NCBI GenBank assembly: GCA_945900755.1
Contig: CAMDKS010000001.1
Span: forward strand, 63,491 to 127,490
Source: Bdellovibrio sp. ZAP7
GTDB lineage: Bacteria; Bdellovibrionota_B; Oligoflexia; Oligoflexales; RGVZ01
Reading direction: 5' to 3'
Length of the DNA: 64,000 nt
Shown here: positions 55,858 to 64,000 of the stretch, in pieces
Layout of the letters: the number at the start of each line of letters is the position of its first letter
Numbering within the stretch: the stretch's first letter is position 1
The notes under the pieces: generated by a model
Seen by the model: only the letters and a program-made list of their open reading frames with translations
What the model was told of the DNA's origin: nothing
The model's database searches: none
Position numbers and translations under genes: made by a program

Positions 55858-56766
55858 TTAGTTTTTTCTTAGACTCATTAAATGAGTCAAGGCCGCGTCC
55901 CAGGTCGGTAGATTCTCTCCAAGAACACGCTCTAGTTTTTCGAGGTTTAGCCGGGAATTTTTGGGCCTAGCTGCGGGCGTTGGGAAATCTTTACTTTCAA
56001 TTTTCTTGAGATTACGGATTTTAAGTGGCAGGCCACGTTCGCGGGCAGTTTTGAAAATTTCCTCGGCGAAGCCATGCCAAGAAACTTCTCCACGGCATAC
56101 TAAATTATAAATGCCCGCTGGCATTTGGCCGGCGGCTATTTTTACTAGAGCTTTGAGGGTGAATTCTGCGATGACCAAAGAGGTCGTCGGGGCTCCGATC
56201 TGGTCTCCGACGACGCTCATGTCCTCTCGTTCCGCGCCAAAGCGAAGCATGGTGTTGAGAAAGTTTTTACCGTCATTGTCATAGACCCATTGTGTCCTGA
56301 AAACATACCCAGAATTTGGGCAATGCTTGGTGACGGCCTCGTCGCCAAATAACTTAGTTCGGCCGTACGCATTGACCGGGCTAGTTTTATCAGATTCCTT
56401 CCAGGGTAGGCTTCCGGAACCGTCGAACACGTAATCAGTTGAGTAGTGAATCAATACGGCAGAGATTTCTTGTGCGGCTTTGGCGAGGGCTTCAACGGCA
56501 AGGCCGTTAATTTTCATGGCAAGGTCAAACTCTTTTTCTGCAAGGTCGACGGCGGTGTAGGCCGCGCAGTTGATAATAATTTTGGGACGCTCACTGAGAA
56601 TCAATGCGGACAGGGCTGTGGTGTCAGCTAGGTCGCAGGCTTTGACGTTAGAAGCAGATGCATTGTGATCGGCGTAAACCACATTGGGGCGAGTTCCCAA
56701 TTGACCACAGATACTGCGGCCTACTTGGCCGGAGGTTCCAATAACAAGAATTTTATCGACTGTCAT
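55858..56766 (-). CDS. rmlD: dTDP-4-dehydrorhamnose reductase
   Basis: 302-aa ORF with GTSGQVG and the RmlD-typical YSTDYVFDG. Confidence 0.8.
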   Translation of the reverse strand: MTVDKILVIGTSGQVGRSICGQLGTRPNVVYADHNASASNVKACDLADTTALSALILSERPKIIINCAAYTAVDLAEKEFDLAMKINGLAVEALAKAAQEISAVLIHYSTDYVFDGSGSLPWKESDKTSPVNAYGRTKLFGDEAVTKHCPNSGYVFRTQWVYDNDGKNFLNTMLRFGAEREDMSVVGDQIGAPTTSLVIAEFTLKALVKIAAGQMPAGIYNLVCRGEVSWHGFAEEIFKTARERGLPLKIRNLKKIESKDFPTPAARPKNSRLNLEKLERVLGENLPTWDAALTHLMSLRKN

Positions 56767-56796
56767 TTTATCGACCTCATTTTATCGACCACCATT

Positions 56797-57732
56797 TTAT
56801 TTACCAGCATTCCAAATTTCCTCGAGGCTTTGCGATAGTGATATCTCTGGTTTCCAGCCGAGGGTCGACTGGGCCGACTCGCAATCAGCGATGATCGCAG
56901 CCGTGCTTTCATTTCTTTGGAGATGGGGCGCTAGGGACTGGGCGAGAGATTTTTTAGACAATTTATTCAGACAATCAAAAACAGACTGAATCGTCACCGC
57001 CTTGCCGCTGCCGATCACGAATACTCGTTCGGACGGCCGTCGTTCTACGATGAGGCGGTAGGCTCGTACTACGTCACGCACGTCGGTGAAGTCTCGAAGC
57101 ACGTTTAAGTTTCCAGTCTCGATGGCGGAGTTTGGTGCCGCATTGCGGATTCTTGAGGCGAGGGCTGGAACGACAAAAGAATCTTCTTGGCCGATTCCGA
57201 TGTGATTAAAGGGCCGTGCAACATAGACTAGAAGGTTGGTGGTATCAAATTTTCGAATAATATTTTCGGCCGCAAGTTTGCCCTTGCCGTAGTCGCCCCG
57301 CGGTTGTGTGGGCGTTGTAGGCGTACAGGCGAGTGTTCCTTGGAGAACTCCTTCGCCATAAACGAAGGCACTGCTAATAAATAAAAAAGTTCTGGGCAGA
57401 TCTTTGGTGGACGGGGGCAGCTTGGACAAGGCACGCACGACATTTTCAGGGCCATGGATATTGACCGCGTCGAGCAGGGCCGTTTTCTGGCCTGTGGTCT
57501 TAGCGATGCCTGCGAGGTGAATCACGGCGTCGGGTAGGTGATTCTCGAGAATGCGTCCACACTCTTGTGGATCGGTGATATCCATTTTCAAAACGGACCG
57601 AGTACCGTAGCCATATATGTCGACCGACTCTTTTGTGACACCAGTCAAAACCACTTCATGACCGGCACGCAGCAGCTCTGCCGTTAAGTGACGGCCTACA
57701 AATCCTGGTGCTCCGGTAACGAGTATTTTCAA
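56797..57732 (-). CDS. rmd: NAD-dependent epimerase/dehydratase, probable GDP-4-keto-6-deoxy-D-mannose reductase
   Basis: 311-aa ORF with GAPGFVGRHL and YGKGK (YxxxK). It lies immediately downstream of gmd, as rmd does in GDP-D-rhamnose loci. The specific activity is inferred from position. Confidence 0.55.
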   Translation of the reverse strand: MKILVTGAPGFVGRHLTAELLRAGHEVVLTGVTKESVDIYGYGTRSVLKMDITDPQECGRILENHLPDAVIHLAGIAKTTGQKTALLDAVNIHGPENVVRALSKLPPSTKDLPRTFLFISSAFVYGEGVLQGTLACTPTTPTQPRGDYGKGKLAAENIIRKFDTTNLLVYVARPFNHIGIGQEDSFVVPALASRIRNAAPNSAIETGNLNVLRDFTDVRDVVRAYRLIVERRPSERVFVIGSGKAVTIQSVFDCLNKLSKKSLAQSLAPHLQRNESTAAIIADCESAQSTLGWKPEISLSQSLEEIWNAGK

Positions 57733-57739
57733 TTGAGCC

Positions 57740-59457
<1,718 letters not shown>

Positions 59458-59508
59458 TGGGAATTTCCTTGCCGCTGGCTTAATATTTGCGGAGTTTAAT
59501 GTATACTA

Positions 59509-60621
59509 TTGCATTGGGATGAGTCCAATCCAATTTGCGCGTCTACAGGATGTCATATTCGGCTATTTCGTACGCTAGTTAGCTTCATGGTTAGGGTTTT
59601 TTGCAAACTATACGAGGTCTTGCTTAAAATTAATACACGCCTGCGCCGAGGACTTGAATCTGACCCCACAGTAATACTCATTGATCACCTAACCCCCGAG
59701 CAGGTCAAAGCTCAAGTAGCTATTGACGTTGGCCTAACTAGGCCGTTTACGGATGCGGGTGAATTATTAGTTTTAATTCCGTTTAGGGATCGTTGGGATC
59801 TTACTCAAACTTGCCTTTGTACGTTGGCGAGCCAAAAATTCAGTGACGGCGTGAAGGTTCGGGTGGTGCTGATTGATAATGGTTCTGTGAACCTAGAGAC
59901 TCGTGCAGGTCTTGGCGAAGTTACGAAAAATCACCCAACACTGAATATTCAAACGTTGCAGGCAAATTATGAGTTCAACTATAGTCGCCTTAACAACGAC
60001 GGCTATCGTCAATTTAAGACGCCTGAAACGAAATGGGCTTTATTTCTCAACAACGACGTTGAGTTGCTTGACCAAGCCATCTTGCAACGGATGGTCAGCG
60101 CTCTGGCGACGATACAGGATGTTGGCGCGGTCGGATGTACCTTGCTCTATCCTAATCGGCAAATTCAGCATTTATTCGCCGCTCCTGGAGTCAAAATCAT
60201 TGCCGCACACCCGACAAAAGGTGAGGCCTTTAGGCCGTCGATGGCTTGGTTTGCAAAATCTGTGCGCCCAGTCGCAGCCGTCACGGGGGCTGTGATGATG
60301 GTTAGGGCGAAAGATTTTGAGGCGGTAGGTTTAATGGACGAGGGCCTGCCAACGATGGGGCAAGATATTGATTTGTGTCTGAAGTTATTTTATGACCTAG
60401 GAAAATATTCGGCCGCGGTCACCTATTGCAACGTTATTCATTGCGAAAGTAAAACTAAAAATCATGATTTTTCGCATACAGAAATTCAGCGAATGACTGG
60501 CAAATGGGGCCCGAGGCTTTTAGCTCACCCATTTTATTCTAAGGCCTTTTCGCGATTTTCCGAGTCTCCATTACTTGTGATTGGTGCCGAGCCTAAATAC
60601 CCAGTCCAATGGATTTTGTAG
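59509..60621 (+). CDS. family-2 glycosyltransferase
   Basis: 370-aa ORF listed from TTG 59509; ATG 59587 is an alternative start. It shows VVLIDNGS, NNDVEL and a GT2-like core. Confidence 0.65.
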   Translation: MHWDESNPICASTGCHIRLFRTLVSFMVRVFCKLYEVLLKINTRLRRGLESDPTVILIDHLTPEQVKAQVAIDVGLTRPFTDAGELLVLIPFRDRWDLTQTCLCTLASQKFSDGVKVRVVLIDNGSVNLETRAGLGEVTKNHPTLNIQTLQANYEFNYSRLNNDGYRQFKTPETKWALFLNNDVELLDQAILQRMVSALATIQDVGAVGCTLLYPNRQIQHLFAAPGVKIIAAHPTKGEAFRPSMAWFAKSVRPVAAVTGAVMMVRAKDFEAVGLMDEGLPTMGQDIDLCLKLFYDLGKYSAAVTYCNVIHCESKTKNHDFSHTEIQRMTGKWGPRLLAHPFYSKAFSRFSESPLLVIGAEPKYPVQWIL

Positions 60622-60633
60622 AAGGAAGACTTG

Positions 60634-61998
60634 TTAGGGACTGACAGAAGGCGGAGTGTTGCAATTGGCTCCTAGTGGGGAGTGGTAGGTAAGGCCCCAC
60701 CCTGGGGGCTGGGTCGGAATAAAAACGTCAGTTGGGCAACCTGACTTCATTGACGATGCAAGCAACGGCGACAATTCATCCCAATAGGTTGCCGGTGCTG
60801 GTGGCAAGTGAATTCTTGGCCGTATTTTCATATCGTTTGGAGTTACCGGAAGCCAAACCGCCCAGATAAAAAACAATGCAGCCTTCGAAAGATTTTTGCC
60901 CCAAAGGCTAGTTGGCCGAATGAAAGCCATCCAAAAGATCACGCCGGCAGCAGTCATGGGAAACGAGTACCGGATTGTAGGGTCTATTGCGCATTCGATA
61001 AATGTCGCTAGAGAGCCCGGCCTCGCAATCCAGTTCAGTGCAGGCCAGCCAGCAATTCCGACTGTAAACAACAAGACAGCCGTCCAAGAATTTCGTTTGT
61101 CTCTAATAAAACACCATGCCAAAAACGCAAAGACTATGCATGGAACTAGCCACGGCCAGAGCGACGGTTGAAGCCATATCCAAAACGTATTTTGGCGCCA
61201 AATGCCCAGCCAAGGTGTAAGTAGGAGAAGTCTCGCAGAGTGCTCTGCAAGAAGGAACAGGCCTTTACCGATAAAACCGTCTGGAATTATTACAGCATCG
61301 TGATTGACGCCGTGCCGATTCAAAAAAATGAGCGTGATTAGTGATGCAACACAGATCACCAATAAATAAGCCTCTTTAGCCCGATTTTTCGTCAATTCGA
61401 CGTCTCGAAATACGCCATAGAGGCGCCAAGAAAAAAGAGGTAGTAGCAAGATTGACGTCCCAAGAGAGTTGCAAATTAATAGAACCATCGCCAGCTCACG
61501 CCATGTGATTGCTTGCTTTGGGTCTCTTAATCCTAAAAAAGCCATCCAAAACAGAAGCATCCAATTTAGATTTGCCAGGTTGCCGAGCATCTCTTCGTAA
61601 CCAGGCATCACGCAAAGCATGATCGCCACAAAAAATCGTGCCCCCACTGAAGGAATGATCCATGCGAGCCCCGGCCTTACGATCGAGGCAACACAAGCCG
61701 CAGTCATGGCAATACATAGCAGCGTCGTGACTGCGGGCCACGAACTGACGGGAGCCAGGGTGATGATAAGGTAGGCCAGTAAACGCTGAAGGACGTGAAA
61801 CGTGCCGGCGTAAATGTCTAGGATCGTCCAAAAGCCGCCTTTAAGCGCGTCGCCAAAATAGAGATTTGCATCCTCAGCCCAGAAATCGGCATAAGGCACG
61901 CGAACCCATCCGCGCCACAATAGCAGCGCAAAACAGGTGGCAAATGTGCCCCAATAGTTTAAAGAGGACGAGTCCTGAAAATATCTTTTAGAAGGCAC
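60634..61998 (-). CDS. polytopic membrane protein (putative glycan polymerase/GT-C-type transferase)
   Basis: 454-aa ORF that is very hydrophobic, with ~10 or more predicted TM segments by eye. The role is inferred from location in the glycan locus only. Confidence 0.45.
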   Translation of the reverse strand: MPSKRYFQDSSSLNYWGTFATCFALLLWRGWVRVPYADFWAEDANLYFGDALKGGFWTILDIYAGTFHVLQRLLAYLIITLAPVSSWPAVTTLLCIAMTAACVASIVRPGLAWIIPSVGARFFVAIMLCVMPGYEEMLGNLANLNWMLLFWMAFLGLRDPKQAITWRELAMVLLICNSLGTSILLLPLFSWRLYGVFRDVELTKNRAKEAYLLVICVASLITLIFLNRHGVNHDAVIIPDGFIGKGLFLLAEHSARLLLLTPWLGIWRQNTFWIWLQPSLWPWLVPCIVFAFLAWCFIRDKRNSWTAVLLFTVGIAGWPALNWIARPGSLATFIECAIDPTIRYSFPMTAAGVIFWMAFIRPTSLWGKNLSKAALFFIWAVWLPVTPNDMKIRPRIHLPPAPATYWDELSPLLASSMKSGCPTDVFIPTQPPGWGLTYHSPLGANCNTPPSVSP

Positions 61999-62057
61999 AT
62001 TATCTCCGAAGCGATAGGTAATACGACCCTAGCCTGTTTTCAATTACGATAATAAAA

Positions 62058-62372
62058 TCAATATACGGCAGCTATAGAGCATACCTCAACAAGATTTGTA
62101 GCTAGTGCTTGTTCGGCGTTCCCTGACTCTGCGTTGCTTGTCGCCGGAAAATGTTCATTTACCGGAACTCCACCACGCGGACTTTTAGGCGAGCAATTTT
62201 TTGCGGTTATCTCAGGCTCAAAGCCGAAGCGGTCACTCTCAAGATTGATATTTTTGAGGACGACAAAAATAAGTTCTTTATCAACGGCGAACTCAAGTGC
62301 ATCGAGCTCCTTGAGAAAAATCTCGAGGTGCTGACTTTCATTGTAAATTGGGACCACCAAACTTACTTTCAC
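62058..62372 (-). pseudogene. remnant copy of GT2 gene 58702-59457
   Basis: Its N-terminus MKVSLVVPIYNESQHLEIFLKELDALEFAVDKELIFV joins directly to VLKNINLESDRFGFEPEITAK. An in-frame 378-nt deletion removes the catalytic core, and the tail diverges. Confidence 0.8.
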
Positions 62373-62798
62373 TGGGAAATTCCTTGCCGTTGGCGTAATA
62401 TTTGTGGTGTTTAATGTATACTATTGCATTGGGATGACTCCAATCCAATTTGCGCGTCTACAGGATGTCATATTAGGCTATTTCGGACGCTAGTTAGCTT
62501 CATGGTTAGAGTTTTTTGCAAACTATATGAGGCCTTGCTTAAAATTAACACACGCCTGCGCCGAGGACTTGAATCTGACCCCACATTAATACTCATTGAT
62601 CACCTAACCCCCGAGCAGGTCAAAGCACAGGCCGCAATTGACGTTGCCCTAACTAGGCCGTTTACGGATGCAGGCGAATTATTAGTTTTAATTCCGTTTC
62701 GCGATCGGTGGGACTTACTCAAACTTGCCTTCGCACCTTGGCGAGTCAACAATTCAATGACGGCGTGAAGGTTCGGGTGGTGCTGATTGATAATGGTT
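62140..62798. repeat. diverged duplicate of the divergent GT2 start region (source ~58850-59884)
   Basis: Hand alignment of 62356-62798 against 59441-59884 gives 30 mismatches plus one 1-nt gap over 444 nt. The left arm 62164-62260 matches 58871-58967. The deletion junction is at 62260/62261. Confidence 0.85.
62424..62768 (+). pseudogene. remnant copy of GT2 gene 59509-60621
   Basis: Its first ~98 codons parallel the 59509 gene. A 1-nt deletion (GGGATCTTACTC to GGGACTTACTC, ~62719) shifts the frame. Homology ends at ~62798. Confidence 0.8.
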
Positions 62799-62914
62799 TC
62801 GGATTTTCCCTTGCTCGGTTCAATAGATTGTTAGTACTGTTCTCGCAACCATAGTTTTGATATGTATTAGATTGATAGGTCAAAAGTATTTTTACAAAGC
62901 CCATCTCAAAAATT

Positions 62915-64000
62915 TTGCTTCGTGACACTGCCTTGGAAATTGGGCTTCTTGTTTTCGGGACGGCGCTGATCGCAGGTCGATTTTCCTGGGGAATCGACAG
63001 TGCGTTTGCCGTCAGGAACTTCGCCACGTCAGCGTTTTTCTTTGTTATATTTTTCGCTACGTATCGCTTTATTCTGGTTAGTTTCATTGGCGATCGAAAT
63101 ATGCGTTTGTGGTTAACTTCGGTCGTTTTCGTGATCTGTTCGTTGCCGCATCATCTTCTTGGATTAGATAGATTTTATTACCATTTATCACATAAAGTTA
63201 TGACAGATTGGCGAGACCCAATAGCTCCCATTTCAAAGATTCGCTGGTTTCCGGGCGCTACACTTCATCTGCCAACGATTCCCTATGAATTCCCTTTTTT
63301 CACCTTCCTTCTTGTTTTTGGAGCGTTATTGATTTGGAGACTTTTTAGGCAACCGAACGCACTATTGGCGCCTCGAATCGCCATACTTATTTGGTTCGTG
63401 ATTTTACTGCAAGCCTGGATTCACCTATCAATGCGTTCGCCGTACACCTATATTCCACACTTCGAACAGCCCGCTTCAAACCACTACTGGTACCACTATT
63501 TTCTATTTCCTAAAGGGCTCGGTGCTGTAAATCTCGACTATCATCATTTTAGGCCTGGTGAAGAGCTTTTTTTAGGGGTTAACTACTCAGTTGCGCCACT
63601 ACTAGGACGAACATTTCCAGGCTATTTGGTGATGCAGTTCGGCGCATTCGTAAATCCAATGTACGCGTGGTTATCGCTAAACTGTATGTCGTGGTTTCTA
63701 GCGGTTGTATCAGTCAGCTACCTCGCGAGCTCTTTTTTCACGAAACGCGCGGGTCTTTTTTCGGCGTGCCTTATGGCCTCGGCCCAAGGAGTGATTGTTT
63801 ACGTTGGCCAGGCGAAACCTTATACAATGGCAATTTGCGGAATCGCAATCTTAGTTGCCTCCCTCCATTGGTTTGCTAGCCGAACGAAACTGAGCTATGC
63901 ACAGTGTTGTGGAGTCGGTGGGATTTTTGGTTTATTTCTACTTTGTTACGAAGCCCAACCGTGGCTTATCGCCGTCCCATTTTTGGCCGTATCATTGGGC
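62915..64000 (+). CDS. polytopic membrane protein, 3'-truncated by window edge (not in supplied ORF track)
   Basis: I read this frame codon by codon from 62879 to 64000 and found no stop. Candidate starts are TTG 62915 or ATG 63101. The translation is highly hydrophobic (…VVFVICSLP…, FLLVFGALLIW, ILIWFVILLQAW, MAICGIAILVASL). Confidence 0.6.
   Translation, partial: MLRDTALEIGLLVFGTALIAGRFSWGIDSAFAVRNFATSAFFFVIFFATYRFILVSFIGDRNMRLWLTSVVFVICSLPHHLLGLDRFYYHLSHKVMTDWRDPIAPISKIRWFPGATLHLPTIPYEFPFFTFLLVFGALLIWRLFRQPNALLAPRIAILIWFVILLQAWIHLSMRSPYTYIPHFEQPASNHYWYHYFLFPKGLGAVNLDYHHFRPGEELFLGVNYSVAPLLGRTFPGYLVMQFGAFVNPMYAWLSLNCMSWFLAVVSVSYLASSFFTKRAGLFSACLMASAQGVIVYVGQAKPYTMAICGIAILVASLHWFASRTKLSYAQCCGVGGIFGLFLLCYEAQPWLIAVPFLAVSLG

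Noticed and set aside
55796-55860. tRNA-like string GTTTAGCTCAGCTGGAAG next to junction copy D
   Set aside because: It resembles a D-arm only. There is no matching D-stem closure (GAGC), anticodon arm, T-arm (GTTCGAATC) or acceptor pairing.

Overview
This is a bacterial chromosomal window from a Gram-negative organism, judged from Pal, LspA and beta-barrel-like proteins ending in Phe. The gene set loosely resembles Bdellovibrio/Oligoflexia-type bacteria, but that taxon call is inference only.

- **nt 1-39,200: dense housekeeping.** It holds a CYTH protein, yqeY, dapB-dapA, rny-ymdB and pal. It also holds a peptidoglycan-turnover set (mpl, ldcA, murF, slt, an M14 peptidase), an LtaS/sulfatase-type membrane enzyme, copA, lspA and queA. 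The remainder is a tightly packed LuxE-LuxC-fusion/SprT/M14 gene string, scpA-scpB-rluB, an FAH-family gene and fabD.
- **nt 39,200-47,700: accessory island.** It abuts the 3' end of tRNA-Glu; the tRNA-Lys/tRNA-Glu pair lies at 47,696-47,876 on the minus strand. It carries an AAA ATPase, an N-terminal SEC-C protein and a three-gene DUF2283-HTH / DUF4258 / MqsA-like module. It also carries an orphan two-gene operon and decayed fragments (wHTH, an SDR NNAG piece, an IS1380-like transposase tail).
- **nt 48,000-51,000: core-like genes.** These are an R3H protein with GGGQ repeats, an SDR and a disordered K/E-rich protein.
- **nt 51,100-55,850: second accessory patch.** It carries a frameshifted ATPase paralog, AbiEi/AbiEii, Phd/VapC followed by a second MqsA-like HTH, and an ATPase N-terminal fragment. 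Copies of a GTYAGCWGCCGCCT junction motif separate these modules.
- **nt 55,850-64,000: surface-glycan locus.** It carries rmlD, an rmd-like gene, gmd, two GT2 genes and two polytopic membrane proteins. It also contains a diverged ~650-nt duplicate of the divergent GT2 start region. That copy has an in-frame 378-nt deletion and a 1-nt frameshift.

I saw no rRNA, CRISPR array, integrase or intact transposase. All family names rest on motif recall from the translated ORFs, not on searches.
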